Position numbers and translations under genes: made by a program. From the NCBI GenBank assembly GCA_001949185.1, contig BDGG01000002.1, forward strand, positions 8,789,990-8,853,989: a stretch of 64,000 nucleotides of DNA, in the 5' to 3' direction. Below, piece after piece: positions 12,426 through 25,521 of the stretch (positions are counted from its first letter, which is position 1; every line of letters starts with the position of its first letter). The notes beneath the pieces were generated by a model. It had not been told where the DNA came from, ran no database searches, and saw nothing but the letters and a program-made list of their open reading frames with translations. Origin of the DNA: Ramazzottius varieornatus (Eukaryota; Animalia; Tardigrada).

Positions 12426-13402
12426 CTTTTCCATGGCTAAAGTCTGGTTGGCAATAAGTTCTGTATCTGCCCCGGTGTAGGGTTTTGTATATATTTCGCT
12501 CATACATCATCAAACGGTTCTGCCGCACATTGTTAAACCTGAGGTCCTGCCACCAATGGACAAAATAAATCGCGCCGCTGGGCGGCATTTTCCCATTAGT
12601 CCAAGCAGGCAACTCGATCAAACAGTAATTATGTCGCAGCAAATTGTTCATTAATCTTGAGAATAATTCCAAATGGTTGCAGTTCTGCTACCAGTGCAAA
12701 CAAGGCTCTCTTGCGTAATCAGACATGGGCAAATAATTCCCCTGACAATCGATGGATGGGATGGGAAATTGGCTTTGATCTGGCGTGGAATGTCCAAAGC
12801 CAGAAACTTGTCAGCCGGAACCGCTGGCTCATGAAAGCAGATCAAATAAGCCATGGCCAGCCTGTGGTTCCTCATTCCAGGCTAATAATGGGTGAAGGCA
12901 TGGGTTTCTGCTACATGAGGAAATCTGATTGATGGTGATGGATTAGTCGCTCGATAAGAAAAGCAATGAAGACAGCTAGGGCGACTGTTGTAGGCCGCAA
13001 AAGAGGCTGACAGTCGCTGTTCCGTACACGGCACGTACACGGAAGTGGCGAGCGAGGGACATGCAGTGGTGGTAGATCGAGCAGCAAATTGTTTGAAGCC
13101 AGCCAGCGTTTTGGGCTAGTTTACAATGTGACCGAGTGTGGACATTGTACCTTGTGTACCCAGTACCAACATCCCTCTCTAATTTGCTGACACACGGCAA
13201 AAACTGAAACATACCAAGAAGGCCATTCTTGTTTCTCTGAAGAACATTCTGGCCAGCTAGCTCCCAAAGTATAAAGCTAGAAAAGCTCTTGATACCTGCG
13301 TCAGACATACAGCTAACTCAATCACCATAACTTTCTTCATTGGTATTCACTGTAAACGACCCAAGTTCCATCTGCCTGTTATCTTTTGAACCATTGGCAA
13401 AA

Positions 13403-14401
13403 ATGGCGACTTTTCTGTATATTTTGACCCTATGTACAATCTGTCTTATATTGGGTGGAAGAGCCAATGCGCAATACGGAAGCCAGTCTTATGGCACCAG
13501 CGTTCCATCCTCATCGTACGGCCAGAACGGGTACGCTAATCATTGATAAAAACCATGACGATACTGCTTTCATAACACACCCCCTGTTATATACCGCGTC
13601 TCGCAGACAATACGGAACACAGTACGGCTCGCAAAGTGGAGGCGGTTACAACGCCAATTACGGCAGTAGTTCGCAGTATCCTTACAACAGCCAGTACGGC
13701 TCTTCCAGCAGCTCGTCGCAGTATCCCTATAACAGCCAGTATGGCTCTTCCGGGTACGTTCATCGACTCATATCCCATCTTGAGGGACAATTTGACCCGG
13801 CACTATTTCTGTAAAGAAAAGTCTCACGTGTACGAGAGAACGTTGATGATGTAACTTGCTTGTATTTTTTCACTGTTTACCTTTCCGCTCTCTGCATTCT
13901 TTCAGATACGGACAAGGTACAAACGGACAATACAATGCATACAGGTAAGCCTTCACGTTGTGCTCACGTGTGTTTTCTTCGTCAAAAACATGTCGAGAAA
14001 AGATCAAGACAGCTGGCACGTTTTGGCTTTGTAGTTCATCATATCCCTCGTCGTCATACGGAAGTGGGTACAATAGTCAGTACGGGCAACAACAGGGGTG
14101 TGTATTCTGATTTTTTTCTGTTAACGATAACATCAGCCACTCCCTTCAACTGTGCTGATTTTACATGGTGCGTCGTAGGTCGTACAATCCCTATGGATCG
14201 CAGCAGTACGGTTCGTCGCAGTATGGCAGCGGTACTGGCTATGGTAGCGGCAGTAACAGCGGCTATGGTTATGGTGGCACTTCTCCCTATGGCAGCGGCC
14301 AACAGCAAGGAATGAACAGCTACGGAAATGGCTACGGTACTGGCTACAACAGTAACGCATACGGTAGTGCCTCAGCCGGAGGCTCCTACGGCAGAAAATA
14401 A
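13403..14401 (+). CDS. Secreted Gly/Ser/Tyr/Gln/Asn-rich low-complexity protein, 199 aa
   Basis: Exons 13403-13530, 13607-13753, 13906-13944, 14035-14097, 14179-14401 (600 nt, all introns phase 2). Signal peptide MATFLYILTLCTICLILGGRANA; repeats QYGS, YGSSSQYPYNSQ, GYG; ends GGSYGRK*. Confidence 0.85.
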
Positions 14402-15989
14402 TGTCCTCATGGATTTAGCCTTTTAAACCCATTTTCAAACGAGCCCGACAGCAAAGTTCTATTCATACCTGCCTGTCAACAAGACAATTGGACAAACGAC
14501 GAACTGAATTAGTGACATTTCGAGATAAACTATCCGACCTCGAATATGACTGTATGTCATTGAAACTGATAGCAATTAACAAAAAGCTAGTCTGGTAGAA
14601 AGAATACCGGGCAACCTGGTTTGGTGTGGCACGCAAGATAAATGATTTTGCGGCCTTCGGGATCTTCCGAAAGATGTTGCGCCGGCGTGGGCGCGGCTTG
14701 GCCCTTAGAAATCAACTTAGTTACGGCTTGAGGTCAGTCTGTCACCGCAAATCCATCCATACCACTCTCTGCATAAAATGGCAAAGACTCAAAGCTTGAC
14801 TCAGAAGAAGCTTGTATGTACTTAGCAGTGTATTGTACTATACGGTAGGCGATACTGCATGGCAGCAGGTTTCACCTTTGGTGTCTGTCCGTTGGAGCGA
14901 CGAAGACTTTCTCTGAACATGTGCATGTAAAGATGTAAGGGGAAGGGTGGTCTCTGTCTCAAAGCTGTGATCGAGAAGTAGTTGCATCTCACGACCGTCA
15001 ACCGCCCCATCTTTGCTTTGGTGTGGACAAAGTTTCCTCTATATGACCGATGGACGCTGCGGATGGTGAAGCCAATACAACAGTCTGTTACAGCAAAGTT
15101 GTCCCCGTTTTATAAAACGATCCACGAGTTCAAAAAATTTTCCCGACGACGAAACTATTTCTAAACGACACAGCATTCATCTTGAAACCTAAGAAACCCA
15201 TTTTTAATGCTAGCAAGTCTTTCTCAAAAATTTCAACGTGCGAGGACGACGCCCTGGTAGGCACAAAAGATACTCGTAGGTGGGAAAAGAGAGCTCGGAT
15301 ACCTCATCTTTCTCGAAAGAAATCTTCTTCCCCCAGTACGGGGCCACGGGCAGAGCAGATTTTTCAAAACTTCAAACAGTGAACGAAGACACTTTGGCAC
15401 ACTCACAGAAAGTGTCCTTGTTTGAATTCATGAACACTACGACCGAAGAAATGGGAAAAAGTCACTACCCCACTACACTGGCGCACGTTGGTCTCGGCAA
15501 TTCTCCACCTTCTTCTTCAACAGATACTTTTTTCTGTAAAATCCCGAAGGATAATTTTTTTGCTTTCTTTTCCGGTACTGATAGCCTAAAGGTACTACAG
15601 TACTACAAAATAACCCTGTTGCCCGTGTGATGGTGCAGCTGACCATGCGACAAAACAATCGTAAACTGGTCCTGGTTAAACATGCATCGCTATTATTCTA
15701 CTAGCTAGTCCTGACTACTCCTGACCACTAGGAAGGCCGAGCGAATGCGATAGCAACAAAAGAGCAAACAAGTAAGGAGGATGACGGATCAGGCCCTTCT
15801 GACCACTGAACCGCCTTCCCCCTCCCCCTTTGTTGCCAATGTTTTTTGCGGAAGGCTTCTGAAAACTTGCAAAGTCTTTCTCGTGGTCGGATGTTTTTCT
15901 CAATGCTCCCATTAGTGAGGTTGATACGGAACTCGAGCAGCACAAGAAATCCGAGTAGCGTAAGACTTTGGACCCTCCCATTCCTTACT

Positions 15990-16580
15990 CTACTCGGCTG
16001 AGGTTGAGACCCGCTACGCGGTCCAACCGATTAGCGTAACTTCTCCGGAAGGTTTTGCAAAACCTCCATCAATTTTCGTAATTAATGACTTTTTGGTAAG
16101 ATGCGATGTCAAATCACACGAGGTTTCCAGTTCTGATACAGCAACGGAAAAAGTAATTTCCAGTTCCGACTGCTTAAGATTTAAGTGAATCTTGATACGA
16201 AAAGCAGCAGATGAAGGCAAAGTAAAATCCAGAAAGTGGCAAAAGCCACAGTTAGAGACAGTTCTTAGTGTGGCAAAAGTCACAGTTGAAGTTGCAGTCT
16301 CATCGAATTTTCGAAAGCCAAAGTTACACCCACAGTCAAACGGAGGTTTCCTTCCTTTTTCTAGGCTGACAAAGTCACAGTCAAGCGTGCAGTCGTTGCT
16401 GCAGTTTGACGAATAATTAATAACCGACGTTAAACCTGAAAGATGCAGTTAGAAGGGCAGTTGGCAGCTCGGTGGGACGTTTCGAAAGCAAATCTAAGGT
16501 TTTGAAAAACTTTTGGGAAGAAATACCCACAGAAAAGCTTAGTTGGAACGTTACTCGGATTTCTCACGCAGTCGAGTAAT
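15990..16580. mobile_element. Old degenerate inverted-repeat element (MITE-like)
   Basis: Left TACTCGGCTG..GGAAGGTTTTGCAAAACC roughly matches the reverse complement of right GGTTTTGAAAAACTT..CAGTCGAGTA; internal degenerate AAAGTCACAGT repeats. Confidence 0.35.
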
Positions 16581-16737
16581 GGCCCATATGCATTACTCGG
16601 GAATTAAGCACCGAGCACATTAGTGGGTGCAGTCGGTTCGGCTCCGCCCACGTGCTATCTTTCAATTGGCTCATTCCTACGCTAATCCGATTTCTTGCTC
16701 TGCTCGAGCGCCGTATCAACCTCTGGATTGTGGCAGG

Positions 16738-17384
16738 TAGTGCTGGGATAAAAATGGTATATCGTATCTTATCGAGATATATCACATCACAGTGATTCGA
16801 TATGACACAAGTATCATATCGAAATATCGATATGGACGGAATATCGCTGAGCGGAATATGATAGATGAAAATATCATATTGCGGTATATCGATATATTTC
16901 TGATATATCGATAAATCGCAAACCCGTACTTAAGAATCGGAACTTCGGAAGTCAATACTCCGGTTCGGTACCGCGCAGGCAGCGCAGCCTCGCCCCTAAT
17001 GTATCGCGCACATGCATCCAAGCTGACTTCGGAGAAGTGAACAGTCAGCGTACCTAGGTGCGTAACGACAGACCTTGATAGATTGAGCAACGCACACACT
17101 CGCGTACACGAAGACATCTGAGTTTTGTTCTGACTCGAACGTAGTGAACGACAGCCGTTTGTTTCTCTTTGGCTCTTTCTTGATTTCGATAGGTTTCAAC
17201 ATGATACTGGCTTGAGATATCGATATATCACTGCAATCAAATTCGATATATCAACAATAAAATATCAGGAACGTATCATATCGAAATATCCATACGTGGT
17301 TGATATCTAAAACGAAATATAAATATTAAAAGATATTCATTAGAAAATATCATATCGTATTTTATCGTATTCATCACAGCACCG
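16738..17384. mobile_element. Non-autonomous hAT-like element
   Basis: Ends TAGTGCTG(G)GAT..ATC(A)CAGCACCG; 8-bp flanks GTGGCAGG (16730-37) and GTGACAGG (17385-92); dense ATATCG/CGATAT subterminal repeats at both ends. Confidence 0.7.
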
Positions 17385-18116
17385 GTGACAGGCATATAGA
17401 GTTTGCTTAGGAGTGCGAATAAAAAGTTTTTGCAACCCCGGTCAACTCGCGCATCGTTTTACATAACAGTTTGCGATATTAGAAAGCTTCACCATTTGCG
17501 ACACACATTGACTTTTCGACAGACCTATAAAGGACTCGCTTCGCTCGTCCTGATAATTCTTCATACGCCCCGTTTTTTAACGTTTCAAGTGGATCCTGTC
17601 TGCAAAAAAACCCGAGAAGACCTCGTCACTGGAGTTGGACATTAGCCGAACTTCAAAATTCGTATTACGACTTCGGAACGAGATTTTGAAATGCGACCCT
17701 AAAACACGGCAACTTCATACTGAAAGACCTAATAGAAATGGGTAGCGAGCAGAAGAGGTAGCCCAGCGGACTAAAGATGGTTTCGACGACCAGCGACGTG
17801 CGTGACAACAAGGACAGTTGCGACAAGCATACAAAGACCTCCGTGAAGTACAGGCCGATGACGAACCAAGTCTTTGGCAAGAGCCCATCGATCAGGATGG
17901 CGATGAGCAAGGCCCAAGCTTGTTTCTGCCTTCGTTTGGCCCGATGTCCACCTATACGAAGCGAAGAAGCCTCCAATAGGTATTTCGGACAATGTTGCAA
18001 GTCAAAGCAGGTTGTCGAGCTTCCTATCGTATTGCAGTTCTCTTGGAAGCGCCCTTCCCTAAACTCGTCTAATTCCCAAGGGAGAACAGTTTGCCAGTAA
18101 GTTAGCCAAGTTGGTA

Positions 18117-18341
18117 CACGCACGACGGGAAATCATGGGGCCAGTGAAAATTATGGGACCAGGCCTTTTCGCTACGGCGATACGGAAGCACGTATGTACG
18201 TGACAGATTCATAGTAATGCACTTTTGGACACTTTTCTACGGTAAAATGGAAAAGTGCACTTTTGGACACTTTTCAATTTTACCGTCTTTTCCGCCTGGT
18301 CCCATAATTCTCACTGGCCCCAAAATATCCCGTCGTGCTTG
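18117..18341. mobile_element. MITE family A, full copy
   Basis: TA|CACGCACGACGGGAAAT...ATCCCGTCGTGCTTG|TA; ~45-bp TIRs; internal duplication of TGCACTTTTGGACACTTTTC. Confidence 0.85.
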
Positions 18342-18553
18342 TACTGGGAAAGCTGAGGACATCAGTAGAAAGTGACCTTCTGACCTACACGTACGATCCA
18401 GTGGGCGTCTAACTTTCACAACTTTGCCAGCTGGAAAGCGTCCAGAAGTCTTCTGCTGACGATGTCAGAGCATTTGGTCCCATTTTAATATTCAAAAAAG
18501 CCCTCTGCCGTTAAGGGCAATGTGGAGTCAACAGCCAAGTCAAAATCACCGTT

Positions 18554-20866
18554 TTATTCTTTTCGTTGGTTCGAGTCTGTCTCATCATCCATGTGAAATA
18601 CGGCCCCTTCACGGTCATCATTGATAGCACTGGGGTGTCTGGAGCTCTGTGCCGACCCACTGGCACTGGCGCCTTCACGTTGCAGCTTCAGCCGCTCAAC
18701 CTTGGACTGCAGCTCATTGTTATCCTGAAACTTGCCTCGCATCAATATTCGAGCCGACTCATCGACAAAAGTATTACTCGGTGTAAAGGGTTCATTGGGT
18801 GTCCGACTGCTGCCCATCTCTGCCTCTTCCTTCTGCCCTCGGCCCGTTGTTTCCAGCTCTTGCTGCATCTTGCGGTTGACACCGGCAAAGATGGCGTGGG
18901 TGTCGTGCTGCAGGAAGCTTTGGCCGATGTAGCTGTTGGGCGGCGTGACGGTCCCACTGTTGGCTCCGGTGAAGGCTGAAGTGCCCTCCGAAGTAAAGGG
19001 AGACTTGGGTGGTGAAGCGCTAGCGGCCTCGCCCAGAATGTCGGCCAGCAGAGGCAGAATCTGCTTGCGGGAAGCCGCCACGTTCGTCTGGCTGTAGTAG
19101 CGAAAATTCTCATTAGATGGTCGGAAAGCCGCTTCGGAAGTGGCAAGACTTAGCGGAGGGTTGGTCGACCGTAATAATCCACCACTTACCTAAGCCATCC
19201 AGGAAGACAAAAGATTAATTTCAGGGGTAAAAGAACCGAAACAAAGCCAGCTTTGACCAGACAGATGGGAGCTGGGCAAAGAACAGCCGTCCCGACAGCT
19301 GCCCGAAGTGGCGCACGCTTCCGGTGTTATTGACCGAAGTCGTGCGCCACTCGGGAAAAGCCATGCGGCGGAGCTTGTTTGCTCACTGGCTCCATTCTGG
19401 GTCATAGGATGTCATTTGTGATCTTGGTTCGCACTTTGGATAAGAGATTCGCGTCGGCAGCATATACTAGTAAATCTCTGGAGATATTCTTGGACTTTAT
19501 GGAGACACCCAGGACGACGGCCAGCTGCGTCAGCTGCCTCAGCTCCTGCTGTCGCTTCTCATCGTTGAAATAATCCTAGTAAAAATCAGTAGACATGTCT
19601 GGCTGAGATGACAAGGAGGGGAAAAGGGCAGTTTGGCTTACCTTGACGAGGATGGGCAGGGAAGAAACCATGACAGTGCCGGCGGCGCTGCTTAACATCT
19701 TTACGTCCTTCCTCAGCAGCTGCGCCGTACTCAGGCTGCCGACGTCGGACTTGGCGTCGTTCAGCTGTGCCAAGATGTCGGCACGGCTGGCCTTTAAGCC
19801 GCTCTTGCCCAGCTTGGCCTCCAGCTTGTCGGCCATGTCCACGTCTTTGGCCGTGGCCTTCTTGGCCGACGGCGAAAAGTTGACCGTATCCAAAATGATG
19901 GTTTCGTACAGCAGCGTCAGCGCGCCTTTATCCGTCAACCAGCCCAAGACTTTCTCAGCAATCAAAGTGGCGCACGAGCCCACCGCCTCTATTGTCCTCT
20001 TCTTGACGTTTCTACAACGGGAACAAGACAAATGAAGACAAGCTGGGGAATTGCTCTCGAAGCTTGCTTGGGGGCAATCAGGGCGAATAATCCCAGCAGA
20101 TTAGGAAAAGTTAATCAGGAAAATGGGTGGATGAAAATGAGGGTGAGGTTTATACTTTAAATATAGGGCATCGGGGTGTTGCTGTTGGAAGGGGTGATGA
20201 TCGACAATTTCGGTGACAGCCTTCATTTGGGCCAGCTTGCCCGTTGGGACATGGTGATCAACCAAGGTAAAGTCCACTTTGGAAGCAAGTGGCAGCAGCT
20301 GCACCTCGTCCAGGAAGATCAAGCAGCTCTCGTCGATGCCCTGCTTTTTCAGGGCAAAGCGCACTTCACTCTTTAATGTAAAGTCCTCTTGGGGGATATT
20401 GAGCAACGGGATGGTGAAGCGGTCCACCCTCGACTTGGCCTGTCTCTGCACAAGTATGTACTCACAAATTATTGCTCAATATATAATATTATTCACCCTT
20501 ATGGAAATGACGCTATGCACAAATGTAAGGTGATCAATATGCCACACATCTCCCAGCAGGAGAGGTGGGATGCCAGGGATAATGAGAACTGGAGGATACC
20601 TCTTCGCTGGTCTGGATGTAGTAAGCGTAGATGAGGGCGGAAACGCAAGAGTCCAGGTCGCAGGCTTCATTTCCCACCACGATGTGCACACGAGGGAACT
20701 TGTCCAAATCTTTGTCCAGCTGCAACGGAAACGAACCTGAATTATACAACCGCTTTTGGTCTTCCCAACACGTGAACACGGAAAGAGCGCAGCCTAGTGC
20801 TTTTTTTCTGTAATTTCGCATTCCGATTTTCCCAATTTCCTCGAAGCTCCGCCTCGGACAATACAT
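18554..20866 (-). CDS. PRUNE1: Prune exopolyphosphatase/phosphodiesterase (DHH family); start codon uncertain (20866 or 20821)
   Basis: HIVVGNEACDLDS, LVDHH, IVDHH, IEAVGSCATL, TIILDTVNF, LLRKDVK, YSQTNVAASRKQILP, C-terminal tail with TPPNS; multi-exon. Confidence 0.92.
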
Positions 20867-21072
20867 AGTTCAAATGTGAAGGTCAGTCTTCATTACTCCG
20901 AGTTGCACTTTGTGTCTGTATTGTTGACTTTGTAGTAGTTTCTGTCCTTGCTGTAAGCACCGGAAGTGGCGCTGTAATTTGCCGATAAGCGGCATGGCGC
21001 CGGCGTTCAAAGGTTGTTACATAACCCAATATTATACCGTATGGTTTTCACCACTCTCGCATGACTAACGTT

Positions 21073-21564
21073 TGGGTAGCTGCGGCCCATTCCCAGTACA
21101 ACCAACCGACCTCTGACCAAATTGTTCAGGAAACCAGTTCTAAGTTTTAGGACCCCAAAGGCAAAGTTGAAGTGCCAACGCTATCTTACGTAGCAGACAT
21201 CGCGGAACACGATGGTGAAGTCCATTTGGCCGTCTGACCAGTGGTCAGATGGCTACGTCGGAAAAGTCTGAAGCGGTGCGAATTTTTCACTGAGAAAGAT
21301 TTGACGTTAGGATGACGTCATGTAGCATGAAAATGCGTAGGTATTCGTTCTGGCATCAAGCCCCCTGACGGGGATGTTTCAGTTATTGTTTACTTCTGAA
21401 ATTTTCCAGAGTGTCTTCCCAGAACATTTTTCAGAAACTTTGAACCACGGCGAGGTACGGCAAACTTACCGCACGATGCCCCTTGATATTCCCAACAACT
21501 TCAAGTCAAAAACGCTACTTCGGAAGCAAGATTGATTGTACTGGGAATGGGCCGCAGCTACCCA
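21073..21564. mobile_element. Non-autonomous TIR element in the prune/KIN17 divergent intergenic region
   Basis: Perfect 29-bp inverted repeat TGGGTAGCTGCGGCCCATTCCCAGTACAA / TTGTACTGGGAATGGGCCGCAGCTACCCA; TSD unclear. Confidence 0.8.
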
Positions 21565-22305
21565 TTTACACTTGGAGTTTGTTGCCGAAAATTTCCTCGG
21601 CTCATATACCAGCGACCTCGACGAGTGGTACGTTCTAACCATATGTTCTCTACAGCTGTTCGGACACGTGATCTTGCAGGCTTACTGCTACGCTGCTGGG
21701 CTTTCGCCACGTTATTGCACGCAAAAAAAACAATGCGATCTCATGTCTCAAAATCACAAGGGATACGACAGAAAAGAAGGGCGTCACTTACGACAGTTTT
21801 CTTGGTCATCCGTAAATATTCCCGCAGTGTCTCTTCCGGTCGATCCATCATTCCAGTCCGCTGCTCCCTCTCTACAACAAACAAACTGTGCTTCAGATAC
21901 CCGGCCTAGCCCCAGTAGCATGCCTGTCTTTCGGAGAAATTTCCACCTCAAGCCACGAATGTTAGCAGGACGAACATCTGCATCCAGTTCACTGAACTTT
22001 TTCGGCGATGAGAATTGAGAAAGAATCAGCTGGGGACTTATTTACAAAACTAAAGCTTGGTGCCATGCTCGGAGCTGAAACCGTGAAGGCGGAGCGAGGT
22101 CCAAGGACCAATTACGCGACGGGCTCTAGGCGGTCGACGAACCAAAACACTGCTTTGGACGACTAGCACGAGGTGGAGCCTCTTGCGCATATAGCGACGA
22201 TATATCTTGCGGGTTTTAAGTTTTCGCTCCTTGACTTTATGGACGTCACTTTACCTGCTGTTTCTTTCTGGGATCGTGTCTGTCCCTTTGTAGGATCGAC
22301 GGAAG

Positions 22306-23955
22306 ATGGGCAAGCACGATGCCTTCTCACCAAAGGCGATCGCCAATCGGATCAAGTCGAAAGGGTTGCAGAAGCTGCGTTGGTACTGCGAAATGTGTCA
22401 GAAGCAGTGTCGCGATGCTGTAAGTGCTGTCATTATCCTCTGGCATACTGAACATTTGTCCTCATCCATGGGTCTTGTTGCAGAACGGATTCAAATGTCA
22501 CACAACCTCGGAAGCGCATCAGCGTCAGCTCTTGCTTTTCGGCGAGAATCCCAATGGCTTTCTGGGCACCTTCTCCTCGGATTTCGAGAAGGGCTACATG
22601 GACATTCTTCGTCGTCAGTACGGTGGTCGACGAGTGGCTGCCAATCAAGTCTATCAAGAGTACATCAAGGACAAGCAACATGTCCACATGAACGCCACCA
22701 AATGGATGTCTCTGACTGGCTTCGTTACATACCTGGGCAAGAGCGGTGAGTACAAACTCTGCAGTAATATCTGTTTCCGATGACATCATGCGCTATTTAA
22801 TGAGATAGCGCATGCTTCGGCTTGTTTTGCAGGGAAAGCCGTGGTGGACAACACGGAGAAGGGCTGGTTTATCAAGTACATCGAACGAGATCCCGAGGAA
22901 TTAGCGCGTCAAGAGTCTCTGAGGAGGCGGGATAAAGTTGAACTGGATGATGAGGAGAGGACGCAAAAGGCCATTTCGGAGCAAGTACAGAAGGCCCTTG
23001 AGGAACGGCCGTCGACGTCTACAGGGTACAGCGAACTACAACGCGACGAGGAGCACAAAGGTAACTCTTCGCCTTTTCTAACGTGAAACAAACTTCTCAG
23101 TTGGTTTGTGATCTTTCTTTGTAGTGAGCATCTCCTTTAAACCTGTGATAAAGAAGGAAGAAAACCCCGACGGCGAACGTCTTTCTTCCACTTCCGCTTC
23201 CGGTTCGACAGCCGAACTTAGGTACAAACGGCTTTCGTAACTTCAGTTTGATACCAGAATGAACGGTGTATCTTTTGGGAATAGGCCGCCGTTGAAGTTT
23301 AACGCTCTGAGCCAGCTGAGTCGGACGTCTGCCTTGTTACGAGAACCTTCGCTAGCCAAAAGTACAAAAAGTGGGACTACGGAAAAGCGAAAAAGCAGCT
23401 TGGAGCAGATCGTGGAAGAGGAGATCAAGAGAAAGCGTATGGAGGAAAGAAAAGATTATTGGCTGTTCGAGAACATTGTCGTCAAGTTGACAACGCGGCG
23501 ACTGGGCGATGAGTTGTGGAATAAGAAGGGAGTGGTAAAGGTAAGTTCAGCAGCTTCGTTCCTAGCGCGATGACGGCTGACGACCCCTTTCTTTTACTGT
23601 AGGAACTAAAGGACAAACATACGGCTTTGGTTGAACTGTTGGACGACAAGCACACGAGGGTACAGCTGGACGATGTTCATGTGCAGACCGTCCTACCAGC
23701 CTTGGGCCGAACGGTGATGGTAGTCAACGGACCCTACCGTGGATCGGAAGCTACACTGAATTACATCGACGAAGGCAAGAACACTGCTTGTATAAAGCTC
23801 ACTACGGTAAGTTCAGCATACTTCCAGCTTTCGGCTATCGATATTGAAACCGACTATGAACACAGTGATCATCTTTGCAGGGACGCTTCAGAGGGACTGT
23901 CGTGGAGGACGCACGGTACGATGATATCAGCAAGCTTCATGTCAAGAAAGACTAG
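22306..23955 (+). CDS. KIN: KIN17 DNA/RNA-binding protein
   Basis: KAIANRIKSKGLQKLRWYCEMCQKQCRDA|NGFKCHTTSEAHQRQL zinc finger; HVHMNATKWMSLTGF winged helix; C-terminal KOW/SH3-like region ending YDDISKLHVKKD*; multi-exon. Confidence 0.96.
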
Positions 23956-24322
23956 ATCGACCCGATGGGATGTAACGAAACGTTTCCTTACTGTCCTTTT
24001 CTAATTTTGCACATTCATTCTTCTCAAAGTAGCATAGCTTCAATGACTGTTTGTTTCATCAGATTCCAGTTAGTTTACAGTTTTTGTTGAAAATGGACGG
24101 AGATACGAAGGAATGCAGTGCGTCGTCCACATGCGTAAAACCCGCGCAAAAATGAAATGGGTGGATAGCGCGGATGGAGAATGCTCCTGGGTATAAAAAA
24201 ATGTTTACCGATCGGCAGGACAGACAGCGAATGGCTGCGGAAGCTAAAGCCAAAAACATCATAAATTCTACAGAAATTCTTTGAGCTAGGAAACCGGAAG
24301 CACGGCGAAGAATCAATGTGGT

Positions 24323-24526
24323 TCAGGCGTATCCTCCATCAAGATGGCTGGCGTCGGCTGCGCGCTTCCGTGCGTAGGCACCAAGGCAAGCGCAGAACCC
24401 CATAATTGTCAGCGTCAAACCCAGCATCAAGCAGATGCCGTCTCCTGCATCGAAGGCTGACACAAAGGGGCATATCCATAAGAAGGCCAACAGAACGGCG
24501 ATGAGAACAAACTGCGGGCGAAGCAT
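24323..24526 (-). CDS. SMIM30: Small integral membrane protein 30-like microprotein, 67 aa
   Basis: Signal-like N-terminus then AFDAGDGICLMLGLTLTIMGFCACLGAYARKR, matching the SMIM30 pattern A.DAGD.I.L.LG....I.G.CACLG.YARKR; probable 5'UTR intron ~24549-24605. Confidence 0.85.
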   Translation of the reverse strand: MLRPQFVLIAVLLAFLWICPFVSAFDAGDGICLMLGLTLTIMGFCACLGAYARKRAADASHLDGGYA

Positions 24527-25521
24527 GACTCCGTCGGACAACTGGATCCTAAAACATCAGAGAGTCAGATAGTTTCCGAGTAGCCAGATCCACGACTCTT
24601 CTCACCTCACAAGCAGGTTCCACACTCACACTTCAAGCCGGACATAAAGCTTCCGTACGGATACCTCTGATAGGATGGATTCCTTCTTCCAGAGATGTTG
24701 ACTTTAGAGAGATGTCGATTTCAAAGAAGTGAAATTTTAGAGTTTGTCTAATGTGTTTGGTTTGACTGGGTGTGGCCTATACAGCTGCGTGCAGCGATGG
24801 ACGGATGATTTTCTCAGTGAATTATTCAGAACACAGAACGGCTCCGCAACAGAAAGTGCAGCCCAACTCGCAAACGGCAATCAGTCGATAGATCATAGAA
24901 AAATACCGTTCCAAACGTCGAGTGTTGGCCAGAAACACAACTACAAGCCCTAAAAGGCGCAAAATACAGGAAGCTTTAATCCCTATAACATTACTATACT
25001 ACTATACTACATTACAACAATTATCTCCTTAAGAGCAATATTTTAGACGTAATGCTGCGTAATAACCCCATTAGAGTGGATATATTACACATGATACTGT
25101 GTTATATACACATACGTACGTATATGTACACCGTGTCGGTGTAACATACAGTAAGAAGATGGCAGGAGAAGGGTACAAAGCAGAATTCTAAGAACATAAC
25201 ACTCATACATTACTTTGTAAAATGCAGTAAAAAGGAAGACAGCAGGATAGAGCATACGGAAGAACTTTTCAAACATTACGATCTTACATTACTATATTAG
25301 ATATTGTAACAAGGTTAGAGCGAGGAGCTCAAGGAAGAACCTTTCAAACATTACGGTCTTACATTACTTTGTGAAAATGCCCACAACAGCAAATACTTTT
25401 GCACGTAACGGTCTGCAATATCTCCATAATGATGGACACATTGCAGATGACACTGCTGAATGTGTACTGTGTAACTCGTAGTGATAAAGGTTGAGCAGAG
25501 AAGTGCAAAGATAAACGTTAA

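Noticed and set aside
17665-18123. Overlapping ORFs on both strands with coding-like composition
   Set aside because: No family recognised and internal stops in the most coding-like frame; at most an unidentifiable fragment
21532-22018. 125-aa and 160-aa ORFs
   Set aside because: Start inside the TIR of a transposon; no recognisable domain
25200-25380. Direct repeats GAAGAAC(T/C)TTTCAAACATTACG(A/G)TCTTACATTACT
   Set aside because: Only two or three degenerate units; TE-internal duplication, not a CRISPR array
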